This document shows, one piece after another, positions 43,230 through 56,878 of a stretch of 64,000 nt of DNA. This stretch comes from Octopus vulgaris (Eukaryota). The notes under the pieces were generated by a model, which did not search any database, had not been told where the DNA came from, and saw nothing but the letters and a program-made list of their open reading frames with translations. Numbering within the stretch: position 1 is the stretch's first letter; every line of letters starts with the position of its first letter. Location: contig OX597819.1 of NCBI GenBank assembly GCA_951406725.2, positions 110,980,001 through 111,044,000 of the forward strand, in the 5' to 3' direction. Made by a program: the position numbers and the translations under genes.

Positions 43230-43785
43230 GGAGGCGCAATGGCTCAATGGTTAGGGCAGCAGAGTTAAGGCGGTGAGCTGGCAGAAACGTTAGCACGCCG
43301 GTCGAAATGCTTAGCGGTATTTCGTCTGCGTTACGTTCTGAGTTCAAATTCCGCCGAGGTCGACTTTGCCTTTCATCCTTTCGGGGTCGAGAAATTAAGT
43401 ACCAGTTACGCACTGGGGTCGATGTAATCGACTTAATACCTATGTCTGTCCTTGTTTGTCCCCTCTGTGTTTAGCGCCTTGTGGGTAATAAAGAAATAGG
43501 TTAGGGCAGCAGAGACACGGTCGTAGGATCGCGGTTTCGAATCCCAGACTGGGCGTTGTGAGTGTTTATTGAGCAAAAACACCTAAAGCTCCACGAAGCT
43601 CCGGCAGGGGGTAGTGGCGATCCCTGTTGTACTCTTTCGCCACAACTTTCTCTCACTCTTTCTTCTGTTGGCCTGCTCGCTTAGCCATCAGGGTGGCATC
43701 ATTTGACGGCTAAACCAATGCGAAGCGCATTGTGACCAGCGATGTGTAGCAACATCTGATAGCCTGGTCGGTCACGGTGATCACG

Positions 43786-43790
<5 letters not shown>
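43230..43790 (+). mobile_element. SINE (head C, tail E) interrupted by SINE-A (43269-43498) with 16-bp TSD
   Basis: TSD GGTTAGGGCAGCAGAG at 43249-43264 and 43499-43514. Confidence 0.92.
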
Positions 43791-43821
<31 letters not shown>

Positions 43822-43837
43822 CACACATTAATATATA

Positions 43838-44077
43838 CAGAGTTGGGCAAAAGTCAACCGATAGTAAATTTTAAAATCGCATAAATGCTTAATATTCAGT
43901 TTTATTAATTCGTTCCAATTACGAATGTTTAATAATTGAATGCTACAAGTTAAAATCACTGATTTATTCAACAGTTGACTGTTTATTATCAAAGTCTCAT
44001 TTAGATGTTAAACATAAATAAGTCTTGGAAATAAATGGGCTATTGATTTACTGTCAGGTGACTTTTGGCCATAATTA
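43838..44077. mobile_element. Tc1-like MITE
   Basis: TIRs CAGAGTTGGGCAAAAGTCAACCGATAGTAAAT / ATTTACTGTCAGGTGACTTTTGGCCATAAT, with TA flanks. Confidence 0.75.
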
Positions 44078-44372
44078 TATATATATATATATCACCTTCG
44101 AAACGTAGAGTAGATGAAACCATGGCGACTGAAGAAGGGGTTTTTTCCTTGTGTTATTTGTCCTGTACTCTATTTGTCTGTTGTTTAAGAAAAATGTCCA
44201 GTTACTTGGGTTTGTGCCTATGTTTTCGTTTCTCATTGTGTTCGACGTTTTTTTGGTGTCCTGTACTCATATATGCGTGTATATATACATGTAGAGGTAG
44301 GTACGTACATATATGTATATATATATGCATATGTTTTATTTATTAATATATATATATATATATATATACATA

Positions 44373-44527
44373 TACCGGAGTAAACAGATAAATGTGAAAC
44401 AAGGTTGAAAAAAGAGTACTCAAATACCAGAGGTAGAGTAATATGCTTTATTTAAAAGCAGCAGAAATTTAACAAAAGCTGTTACTCGGAGTAACAGCTT
44501 TTGTTAAATTTCTCCTGCTTTTAAATA
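44373..44527. mobile_element. H2 fold-back copy centred on HHR stem III
   Basis: Palindrome 44449-44527 with centre GTTACTC-G-GAGTAAC. Confidence 0.8.
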
Positions 44528-44549
44528 GTATATACATATGTATACGCAC

Positions 44550-44582
<33 letters not shown>

Positions 44583-44634
44583 TGTATGTATGTATGTATG
44601 TATGTATATACAAATACATACATATATATACATA

Positions 44635-44689
<55 letters not shown>

Positions 44690-44692
44690 ATA

Positions 44693-44745
<53 letters not shown>

Positions 44746-44803
44746 GTATATATACATGCATGTATGTATGTGTATATCTATAATATATTAAATATTACAT
44801 AAT

Positions 44804-45487
44804 TGTGAGTGGATTTGGCAGACAGAAACTGAATGGAGCCCGTCGTATATGTTTATATATATATACATATATGTATGTATATATTATGTATGTGTGTGTG
44901 TGTGTTTGTATGTGTGTGTGTGTGTTTGTATGTGCGGCTCTATGTTTGTGTGTCTGTGTGTATCCCTCTAACATCGCTTTGACAACCGATACTGGTGTGT
45001 TTGAGACCCCGTAACTTAGCGCTTCAGCAAAAATGAATAATAACTAGACTTACAAAGAATAAGTCCTGTGGTCGAATTGCTCGACTATAAGGCGGTGCTC
45101 CAGCATGACTGCAGTCAAATGATTGAAACTTATTAAAAGAATAAGAGCATGAAAGTATATATGTACATACACACACATACACACACATATATATATATAT
45201 ATGTATGTATGTGTGTGTGTGTGTGTAAATTATAAAAAATATATGTATATAAAATTATTGAAAATTATTTTTTTTACCAGTGGTCGCTATGCGTATATAC
45301 ATATATATATATGTATGTGTATGTGTGTGTGTTTGTGTGTCTGTGTTTGCCCCCCTAGCATTGCTTGACAACCGATGCTGGTGTGTTTATGTCCCTGTCA
45401 ACTAGCGGTTCGGCAAAAGAGACCGATAGAATAAGTACTGGGCTTACAAAAGAATAAGTCCGGGGTAAAAGAGTAAAATAGTAAAGA

Positions 45488-45490
<3 letters not shown>
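44804..45490 (+). mobile_element. Two partial SINE-B copies (44804-45150, 45330-45490)
   Basis: Family B 3' halves. Confidence 0.78.
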
Positions 45491-45581
<91 letters not shown>

Positions 45582-45593
45582 GTGTGTGTGTGT

Positions 45594-45712
45594 GGAGACG
45601 CAATGGCCCAGTTATTAGGGCAGCGGCTTCGCGGTTGTAGGATCGTGGTTTCGATTCCCAGACCGGCCGTTGTGAGTGTTTATTGAGCGAAATCACATAA
45701 GGCTCCACGAGC
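45594..45712 (+). mobile_element. SINE head C, 3'-truncated
   Basis: GGAGACGCAATGGCCCAGTTATTAGGGCAGC...GGTTTCGATTCCC. Confidence 0.75.
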
Positions 45713-45896
45713 TATACATATACACGTAGAAATATTCGCGTGCTTCAACAGTTACATGCCATTTTCCATTTTACTTTATATCCTGATTCAGCCATTTACA
45801 CATGTGGCAATATTTGCAAATATATATATATGCACACGCATTAAAATGTGTGTGTATCATAAATACGCACACACACACACATAAATATATGTATAA

Positions 45897-45980
<84 letters not shown>

Positions 45981-46009
45981 ACATACATACATACATACAT
46001 ACATACATA

Positions 46010-46067
<58 letters not shown>

Positions 46068-46529
46068 GTCTATCTTTCTTTCTTTCTCCCTATATATATA
46101 TATACATACTTCTATATATACATATACATACATATATATGTATACACATTTACTCTCTTTTTACTCTGTTACTTGTTTCAGTCATTTGACTGTGGCCATG
46201 CTGGAGCACCGCCTTTGGCCAAGCAAATCGACCCCAGGACTATAACACATACATTCATACATACATTCATACATGCATGCTTAAAGGTATTGAAGTTATA
46301 CCAATATAAATTTATTTTCTTTATTACAAATTAAAGTTTCTGTGGCTATTTCGATTTTCCCATTCCATACCAAACACGAGCGCACTCGCGCTCGTGTTCA
46401 CAGTCTCTGCGCGCGGGCACGCACAAACACACATACACACGCACACATGCAAATATATACACACATATATGCATGCACACGCTCATACCATATATGTGTT
46501 TATGTGCGTAAATATTACGCATATGCATA

Positions 46530-46593
<64 letters not shown>

Positions 46594-46790
46594 CATATAT
46601 ATATATATATATTTATATAATGTATGTATTAATATATAGAGAAAGTGAAAGAGAGAAAGAAAGAGCGGGAGAAAAAAATAGATAGATTTATATCTCACCT
46701 TTTCTCTATATATACATATATACATGTATAAATATATATCTATATCTATATCTATCTATTTGTCTATATATATATATGCATACTCGCACA

Positions 46791-46883
<93 letters not shown>

Positions 46884-46898
46884 TTATTTTATAGAAGG

Positions 46899-46947
46899 AG
46901 CTTCTACAGGACTAGAACTGTTTCATTCAAAAGAAATCATCAGGAAG

Positions 46948-46949
<2 letters not shown>
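46899..46949 (-). ncRNA. Near-intact type-I hammerhead ribozyme
   Basis: Minus strand GGCTTC-CTGATGA-T TTC TTTT GAA T-GAA-ACAG TTCTAGTC CTGT-A-GAAGCT. Canonical core, GUA cleavage triplet, all three stems present. Confidence 0.8.
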
Positions 46950-47000
<51 letters not shown>

Positions 47001-47279
47001 TTATTTCTTGGCATAAATGCAGAGTGAGTCAAGGCTAGAGTGTTTCGTGCAAGGGCATTTATATATATGCACATTCGGTGTTGGCTTCCCACTTTTATTA
47101 TCAAGCCTTACATACATACATACATTCATGCATGTATACATACTTATATACACCTATATATGTATACATGCACACACACCACACACACGTGCACGCGCAC
47201 GCACACACACATATCATAAATATATTTTCTTACATACATTACCCACAGATTCATACACATTTAACACGCATTGATATAC

Positions 47280-47434
47280 GAGTGGCTGTGTGGTAAGTAG
47301 CTTGCTTACCAACCACATGATTCCGGGTTCAGTCCCACTGCCTGGCACCTTGGGCAAGTGTCTTCTACTATAGCCCAGGCCGACCAAAGACTTGTGAGTG
47401 GATTTGGTAGACAGAAACTGAAAGAAGCCTGTCG

Positions 47435-47516
<82 letters not shown>

Positions 47517-47730
47517 TGTATATGTTTGTGTGTTTGTGTTTGTCCCCCCAGCATCGCTTGACAACCGATGCTGGTGTGTTTACGTCCCCGTAATTTAGCG
47601 GTTCGGCAAAAAAGCGCACTATAGAATAAGTACTTGGCTTACAAAGAATGAGTCCTGGGGTCGATTCTCTCGACTAAATGCGATGCTCCATCATGGCCGC
47701 AGTCAAATGTCTGAAACAAATAAAAGAGTA

Positions 47731-47732
<2 letters not shown>
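47280..47732 (+). mobile_element. SINE family B, full length
   Basis: GTGGCTGTGTGGTAAG A box, GGGTTCAGTCCC B box, CACCTTGGGCAAGTG, internal (TA)/(TG), tail AAAAGAGT. Confidence 0.9.
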
Positions 47733-47789
<57 letters not shown>

Positions 47790-47792
47790 GTA

Positions 47793-47858
<66 letters not shown>

Positions 47859-48446
47859 AACGTGCGAGTTACTAGGTATTCAAATACGTGCCTGTATATG
47901 TATATATTACACATCTATACTTACAGTCATACACAAGCTAACACACACACGCACACACACATATTTGTACATAAATAGATACATCCATACATTCATACAT
48001 ACGTCCATACACATTCTTACACACGCACATAGCTGCAAGTGAGTGTTTGATAAAACAACGCAAATTGTTGTTAAACAGCTGTTAGAGAATAGTGCCACCT
48101 TTGGACAAACTGGTTGGTTTGTTAAACCAACAGAGGGCGTGATGGGCGTTGGTTGGACGGCGTGTCCTGTTCTATTCATGTTAAGCGCTATTTTGTATGA
48201 TTGTGTATGTAAATGTAGGTGTGTTAGTGGAAGCTTGTGGATGTGTGTGTTTGAGTTTTTATGACTGTTTGGTAGAGGCGTGAGTGTGTATCTGTGTGTG
48301 TGTCTGTGTGTGTATGTGTCTGTGTGTGAGCCTGCGTGCCCTATGCTTATCGATATCAATCTATCTATCTATCTATCTATCTATCAATATATTAATCTAG
48401 CTCTCTCTCTCTCCCCCTCTTTCTTTCTCTCTCACCCTTTCTGTCC

Positions 48447-48522
<76 letters not shown>

Positions 48523-48553
48523 GTCTGTCAGTCTGTCTGTCTGTCTATCTGCC

Positions 48554-48598
<45 letters not shown>

Positions 48599-49138
48599 GC
48601 CTGTCTGTCTGCCTGTCTATCTGTTTGTATCTATGTATATGTATGTGTGCATGTATGTATGTATATACGTGTGTGTGTGTCTGTCTGTATGTATGTTTGC
48701 GTGTATGTATGGGCATTCACCTCCATTTATGTGTATGTCTATATGCCAGTTTATGTGTATGCGTCTGTATGTGTGTGTGGATATGTGTGCATGTGTGTGT
48801 ATGGGTGAGTGTGTAAACATGTGACTTCCGTCGCTCAGCGACGAGGATTGAGTCAGTTGTAGTTTCGTCAGCTGACTCCTTACTTCTGCATTAACATGTA
48901 ACAGGCTGAGTGCCCCACGGACAAATGTACCATTAAGCAAAATGAGTGTGAGACAGTAAATGACAAGGCACACTTCATGAATGACAAATACAATCACACT
49001 CATCGGGCTTCTCTACAGTTTCCGTCTACCCTATTTCTTATGAAGAGCTGGAGCGCTGTCACTAAATGAAACATATTAACATGATTGATGTTGTGTATCG
49101 AGACTCTGTGGGTGCGAAACGAACGGCCCTTCACTTGT

Positions 49139-49214
<76 letters not shown>

Positions 49215-49310
49215 ATAGATCACACATGGGTATATCTATTTATGTATGTATGTATCTATCTATCAATTTGCATGTGTATATGTATGTATATATATTTGTA
49301 TATATACTTA

Positions 49311-49368
<58 letters not shown>

Positions 49369-49470
49369 TATATATATAAATATATATATGTATAGATATA
49401 CATATATATATATGCGATATATATATATATATATATATATGCGTATATATTTATGTACGTATATCTATAA

Positions 49471-49516
<46 letters not shown>

Positions 49517-50322
49517 CGCTCTCTCTCTCTCTCTGTATATATATATATATATATACGTATTAACATAAATATATAGGTATATACATAATCATATAAATAT
49601 ACTTATATATAAATATATATATGTCTGTATGTATTGTATATACATACATGCGCACACGCGATTGCACACACACACGCACGCACACACACACACGCACTCA
49701 CTCATACACACAAACACACTTAGATGCATATATACACATTTACTCACACATGCATGCGTACACACAGATCGTATGTATGAAGAACTGAAAAGAAACAGCG
49801 AACGTAAGGAAAAAAGAGAAACTAAGAAGATGTATGAAAGAAAGAGAGAGAAGAGAGAGGGAGGGAGGGAGAGAGAACGAGAGAGAGGATAAAAAGAATG
49901 AGAGAGGAGGGAGAGAAGAGACAGGCAGTCAGGCAAGACAGCAGGCAGAGAAGACGACGCGTGAGTCTTAAACGAGGGTCGGAAGAAAGAATGAGGAAGA
50001 CGGAGGAATATAGAGGCGGGTTTATAATTATATTTTCATTGGATAAATACATAGAGGGGCGGAGCTAATAACGGGAGTAGGAGTAGAAGAAATGACGGTA
50101 ACGATACTTGTATAGTAAATATTAAGAATGTTGTGTTACTGCGTGTATGTGTGTACGTATGTGTGTATATGTGTGTCTATGTGTGAGTGTGTGTATTTAT
50201 CTCTGCATACGTTAAATGCACACCCACTCAACCGACACAGACCTACACATATAAATATAAATATATACGTATTGTATGGTTACATATCATAGTGCGTGTT
50301 TGTGTGTATGTATATGCGTACA

Positions 50323-50360
<38 letters not shown>

Positions 50361-50456
50361 CGCGTGTGTGTCTAGGACGTGTAAGTGCGTGCGTGTATTT
50401 AATTTTAATCGTGTAATCAGAAATACATGAGTAAGATAATGATAGTCAGACAGATA

Positions 50457-50542
<86 letters not shown>

Positions 50543-50600
50543 TAAATATATATATATATATATATATGTATATATCTATCCATCCCTCCATCCCTCCCTC

Positions 50601-50656
<56 letters not shown>

Positions 50657-50836
50657 ATACATGTGCATATGTATATATGTATGCATGTATGCATCTATCT
50701 ATCTAGCTATCTATCTATATATATACACACACATACATACATACATACATACATACATACACACACACATATATATAAATACATATGTACGTTTGTATGT
50801 AAATATGTATATAGACAGACAGACAGACTGACAGAC

Positions 50837-50896
<60 letters not shown>

Positions 50897-50897
<1 letters not shown>

Positions 50898-51178
50898 TGT
50901 TTCTTTATTAGCCACACAGGGCTGCACACAGACAGGACAAAATTACAAGGTAGAGCTTCTCTTTTGGGGGTAAAAAAAAGGGGGTTTGATTTTCGATCAA
51001 AAGGGATCGTAAAAGGAAAGAAAGAGGACAAAGGGGGGGCGGTTAAAATTAAAAAAAAAAAGGTGGGGGGGAAATTGATCAATAGGGATCGTTATCACAG
51101 AAATGTCAATATGAAGTGTAAAGGGGGGGACAGGTGAGGTTTACCTGTGGAAAGAAAAGCCTACGGAAAAGACCACGG

Positions 51179-51180
<2 letters not shown>
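50897..51180 (-). mobile_element. LINE-like 3'UTR fragment inserted in (GATA)n
   Basis: Ends CAGCCCTGTGTGGCTAATAAAGAAACA(TATC)n; homologous to 58738-59033. Confidence 0.65.
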
Positions 51181-51243
<63 letters not shown>

Positions 51244-51531
51244 TGTCTGAGAGGGAGAGAGCGAGAGGAAAAGTTAGGTAGGCAGATAGAGAGAGATGCT
51301 GATAAATAGATGAATGCATGCTGGATGGCGCCTGGGTGTGCATGTGTTGTATTTGCCTGCTGGAAAGGGTACACATGACTCCGGATTTATGAAATTCACT
51401 CCCAGCTTCAGGGTCTTTATGCTGTTGCTCGCTAGTCGGAGTACCTCCGCCGCATAACACTTAGTGCCACACATATATATATATAGGAAATTCCTTCACA
51501 CGCAAATATATAGACACACATGAACACACAC

Positions 51532-51628
<97 letters not shown>

Positions 51629-51704
51629 AGCGCGCGCGCACACATGAATATGCAACTAGATTCACATCATGTTCTCCTGAACAGATCAGTGCCAGGATTT
51701 AACC

Positions 51705-51756
<52 letters not shown>

Positions 51757-51781
51757 CTATACATACATACATACATACATA

Positions 51782-51864
<83 letters not shown>

Positions 51865-51868
51865 AGGT

Positions 51869-54561
51869 CGGTTTATGGGATTATCTTAGGGCCCACGTCC
51901 ATAAAGGGCTTAGCTTTATGGCGTATCATCAGATCCCAAAACGTGTCTGCTAAAGGGCTCTCTAGTGGGTGGCCTCTCTATGGAGGAGGAAAGGACCCCG
52001 TTACTTAATGTCAGCAAAGGGGATTGTCTCCATTTAACTATCGACCGCTTGTGATCCTGTTATCCTGTGATTTTCCAATAGGCTAGCAGGTATTTCCTGA
52101 AATGTAAGCACTGTCCGAAGACCTCCTTTCTGGAGTTCAGGAAGTTCCCTGGGTCGTACCTTTCTATATCAAAAGACGTCTTTATACACATCAAGAAAAC
52201 AGTGCTCTTCAATAAAGGTTCGATCTGGGTGAAGCAATCCGACCTCGCGGGCTACTCTGACGTAGCGATGGGGACCTAACACAGCGCTGATGTATGCGAC
52301 CTCATCGGGATGTATATCCTTGATACCCTAACGAAAAAGTTCCCTTCCTTCCTCTTTGGTCTCTAGAAAGATGACGCCCTGGCCGTCTCTAGAGGAGCAA
52401 ACGACCACACACAAGACAGGCTTAGGAAAGATCTAATTAGCACACTTGCCTCCAAGGGATTGAAAATCATCATCGAAACCAATCTCACCGCCGCGGACTT
52501 TTTAGATGCCATGCTTGACTTAGGCTCCAATACATACAGGCCCTACCACAAGCCAAATGAGAGGATAACGTACTTTAACACAGCCTCCTGTCACCCACCC
52601 ATCGTGTTCAAAAACCTGGTGAAGGGTGTTAGCAAGCGGATCATGAACTTTTCTTCCAGCCAAGAGATTTTTTAATGCAGCAGACCCCTATAATGAGGCC
52701 CAAGCTGCTAGCGGATTTAGGGACTGCATCTCCTACATGCTGAACCCCAACATCCGTAGAAGGAAGCGCCACAGAAATATCATTTGGTTTTCTCCCAACC
52801 CCTACTTCTCTCTTAACGTAAAAACGTCTGCAGGTAAGATATTCCGTAAGTATATGGACGCATTTTCAGCAGGCACAACCTTAGGGTTTCTCTTGGCTGT
52901 GACCCCACCCCACCCAATATTAAGAGCATTCTAGTTAGCACCCATAGACCACGAGCGAAGGCAGGATGTGAACGGAGGGACCGCAATAGATGCACAGTGA
53001 GGGGTCACTGCAGAACCAAGGGAGTCGTTTATGAAGACGTGGTACTGGCCGACCCTAGCAGCAGTTCCCTGACATCAGCAGCTCCCCTAATGGCGACTAC
53101 TATAGCTGGGACGTCAGCACCAATAGTAACAGTAGCAGAAACGCAAACAGAACCAACAGCCCCTCGCCAGCGATAACAACAATAACACCATCAACGACGG
53201 CAATGGCAGTATCCTTAAACGGCAACAGCAGCATCATAAGCAGCTTCCCTAACGGCTACAGCTACAGCAGCAGGCTAGACAGTCCCAATAGCAGCAGCGG
53301 CATTACCATCGGCAGCGATAACAACCATAACAGCGACGACAGAAGCGGCAGTATCCCTAACGGAAATAGCTGCAGAGAAATCGCCAATGTCATCTACGAC
53401 AGCAAGGACAGCGCCTTCAATAATGGTGATGATCATAATAATAACTATGGCACTTTTACCAACACCGGCAGTGGCGGCACCAATACCTATTTCTTTATTA
53501 CCCACAAGGGGCTAAAGACAGAGGGGACAAACAAGGACAGACATAGGTATTAAGTCGATTACATCGACCACAGTGCGCAACTGGTACTTAATTTATCGAC
53601 CCCGAAAGGATGAAAGGCAAAGTCTACCTCGACGGAATTTGAACTCACAACGTAACGGCAGACGAAATACCTGTTTCTTTATTACCCACAAGAGGCTAAA
53701 CATAGAGGGGACAAACAAGGACAGACATGGGTATTAAGTCGATTACATCGACATCAGTGCGTAACTGGTACTTTATTTATCGACCCCGAAAGGATGAAAG
53801 GCAAAGTCGACCTCGGCAGATTTTGAACTCATAACGTAACGGCAGACGAAATACCGCTAGGCGTTTCGCCTGGCGTGCTAACGTTTCTGCCAGCTCGCCG
53901 CCTTTGGCGGCACCAATACCATCACCACCTCCAATGACGCCAACACCAGTAGCACCGGCACCACCAGCGCCAGTTCCAGCAACAGTAGTGGCAGTGACGC
54001 CAACAACAATAGACACGCCACTGCCAACACTCGACCATGGAAATACATCGGCTGTTCCGGGAACTCGTTCAAACGACGCCTTTCCAACCACAGATACTCC
54101 TTTAGGATATCGGAAAGGATATTCGTCACGTCATTAGCCAGTCATGTATGGCAGCTGATAGATGACGGGATTCCATACACAATACCATGGAGACTCCTAG
54201 AAAATCTATGTTCCTACATTAAGGGGACCAATCGTTGTAAATTATGTACAGCGAAATGGGCGAGGAACCTAAAGAACTCCAGAAACGAAGTCTTCGGACC
54301 GTGCTTACATTTCAGGAAATTCCTGCTAGCCTATTGGAACACACGGGATAACAGGGTCACCGGCGATCGATAGCCAAAGGGATACAATCACCTTTGTTGA
54401 CATAGGCGATCGATAACCAAGGGGAGACAACCCCCTTTGTTGCCATTGAGTAACGGGGTCCTTTCTTCCTCGATATTCTAGAGAGGCCACTCGCTAGAAA
54501 GGCCTTTAGCCAACAAGTTTTGGGATCTGATGATACGCCATAGAGCTAAGCCCATAAACCG
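51869..54561 (+). mobile_element. Penelope-like element (Naiad-like), 5'-truncated, bracketed by inverted copies of its 3' end (51869-52148 / 54262-54561)
   Basis: RT: WVKQ...DVAMGT*HSADVCDLIGMYIL...GL*KDDALAV...FLDAMLDL...YRPYHKPN...HPP...RNIIWF. EN: GC..RDRNRC...C...GVVYE ... KYIG...FKRR..NH..SF...CKLC...RNEVFGPCLH. Decayed HHR in both repeats. Confidence 0.92.
53488..53902 (-). mobile_element. SINE-A dimer nested in the PLE, 16-bp TSD
   Basis: TGGCGGCACCAATACC at 53472-53487 and 53905-53920. Confidence 0.92.
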
Positions 54562-54641
54562 TATATATTAACTATCTTTAATATATACTGCTCTATATTA
54601 AAGTTTCTTTTTCGGAATTATGTTTACGAACGATATATAAC

Positions 54642-54694
<53 letters not shown>

Positions 54695-54697
<3 letters not shown>

Positions 54698-54852
54698 CAA
54701 ATAAGAAAATGGAGAAACAAATTTAGTTTGTTCATCAACTTACGGATATTATAATGTTGGATTATTTAAATGAATAAATAAATAATCCAACATTATATTA
54801 TCCGTAAGTTGATGAGCAAACTAGATTTGTTTCTCCATTTTATTATTTGTAT
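54695..54852. repeat. AT-rich fold-back (arms about 75 bp)
   Basis: ATACAAATAA...AATGTTGGATTATTT / AAATAATCCAACATT...TTATTTGTAT, adjacent to (TA)n. Confidence 0.85.
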
Positions 54853-55019
54853 AATAAATTTACGGTAAAAATATTTCTTTACCTTCACCCGTTGTTTCCT
54901 ATTCATTCTCTCTGCACTTCGCCTTGGACAAGTATCATGCCCACAAAGTGAATCTCTTTGGGTGGAATATATGAGAACTCCTTGAAATACTTTCATAATT
55001 AGATCGATATCTTTTTTAT

Positions 55020-55445
55020 TTTATCTCTTACCTACTTCAGTCCTTCGACTGCGGCAGTGCTGGGGCATCGCCTTGAAGAATTTTACTCCACGGAATCGGA
55101 AACCAGAACCATTTTTTTTAGTGAAGTCTGGTACTTATTCTATCGGAGTCTTTTACCGAACTTCTAGTTTACTAGAATTTAAACACACCAACACCGGTTG
55201 TCAAGGTGTGTGGGGGAGAAAAACACAGACACAAAGACGCACACACATATATTCAGTCATACATAGCACATATATATATATATATACACGACGTGCTTCT
55301 TTTAGTTTCTGTCTAGCAGATCACCTCACAAGGCTTTGGTTAGCGTGAGGCTATAGTGAAAGACACTTGCCCAATGTGGAGTGGGACTGAACCCGGAAGT
55401 GTGTAGTTGGGAAGCAAATATCTTACCACACAACCATGCATGCCC
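55020..55445 (-). mobile_element. SINE family B, diverged
   Basis: Family B homology on the minus strand. Confidence 0.7.
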
Positions 55446-55694
55446 TTGTATATATATATACATACATATACATATATATATAAATACAAAATGGGACAAG
55501 AACGCAAAACATCCAGAAGACGATCATCCTCGCAATTTCGGCTGATTAATCTTGAGATTGCTCCATACACACACACGTATGCGTGTGTGTGCGTTACGGT
55601 CGTAGGTATGAATGGAAACTGTTATGTAGGAGCGAGATAAATTATTAATTGTAATCAATAAGGAAGGGGGAAATGGATCTCTGTTTGGACAGTA

Positions 55695-55737
55695 ACTCCG
55701 AACATATTTCGCTCTCAATAGACATCGTCGGCGTAGT
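55695..55737 (-). ncRNA. Degenerate HHR, U4C core
   Basis: ACTACG-CCGACGA-T-GTCT ATTG AGAGC-GAAA-TATG-TT-CGGAGT. Confidence 0.45.
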
Positions 55738-56024
55738 ACAATTAATTTAACATTCAAGTTATCAGAAAGGCTAACAGTAATTAGTTTGGGATAATGGTAA
55801 TTAACTCATGGGGTTGATTTCCAGTTTTGTATGTATGTATGTATGTATGTATGTATGTATGTATGTATGTATGTATGTATGTATGTATGTATGTATGTAT
55901 GTATGTATGTATGTATGTATGTATGCATGTATGTATGTATGCATGTATGTATGCATGTATATATGTATGCGAGCATGTATGTATGCATGTATGTATATAA
56001 ATATGCATGTATGTATGCTTGTAT

Positions 56025-56878
56025 ACTCTTTTGCTCCTTTACTTGTTTCAGTCATTTGACTGTGGCTATGCTGGAGCAACGCCTTTAGTCGAGCACATCG
56101 ACCCCAGGACTTATTCATTATAAGCCTAGTACTTATTCTATCGGTCGTTTTTGCCGAACCGTTAAGTTACGGGAAATAAACACACCACCATCGGTTGTAA
56201 AGCGATGTTGGGGGGAACAAACACCGACACACAAACATATACACACACATACATGTATATATATATATACATATATACGATGGACTTCTTTTAGTTTCCG
56301 TCTACCAAATCCACACACAAGGCTATAGTCGGCCTGAGGCTATAGTAGACGAGACATGCCCAAGGTGCCACGCAGTGCGACTGAACCTGCGGGAATGAAC
56401 ATGTGGCTAGTAAGCAAGCTACTTACCACACAGCCACTCCTGCGCCTATACATGTATGTATGTGTGCGTGCGTTACGTATACTCTTTTATACTCTTTTAC
56501 TTGTTTCAGTCATTTTGACTGCGGCCATGCTGGAGCACCGCCTTTAGTCGAGCAAACCGACCCCAGGACTTATTCTTTGTAAGCCCAGTACTTATTCTAT
56601 CGGTCTCTTTTGCCGAACCGCTAAGTAATGGGGACATAAGCACACCAGCATCGATTGTCAAGCAATGCTAGGGGGACAAACAGACACACAAACATACACA
56701 TACACATATATATATACATATATACGACAGGCTTCTTTTCAGTTTCCGTCTACCAAATCCACTCACAAGGCTTTGTCGGCTCGAGGCTATAGCAGAAGAC
56801 ACCTTGCCCAAGGTGCCACGCAGTGGGACTGAACCCTGAACCATGTGGTTGGTTAGCAAGCTACTTACCACACAGCTG
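56025..56878 (-). mobile_element. Two full SINE-B copies (56025-56447, 56480-56878)
   Basis: Head and tail present in each. Confidence 0.88.

Noticed and set aside
52150-52700. Selenocysteine read-through as reported for some Naiad PLEs
   Set aside because: In-frame stops here are TAA/TAG at Tyr-type positions, not TGA at Cys positions; ordinary decay
51869-54561. DNA transposon with long TIRs
   Set aside because: The repeats include the EN C-terminal coding sequence and 3'UTR, and the interior encodes RT; this is PLE inversion architecture
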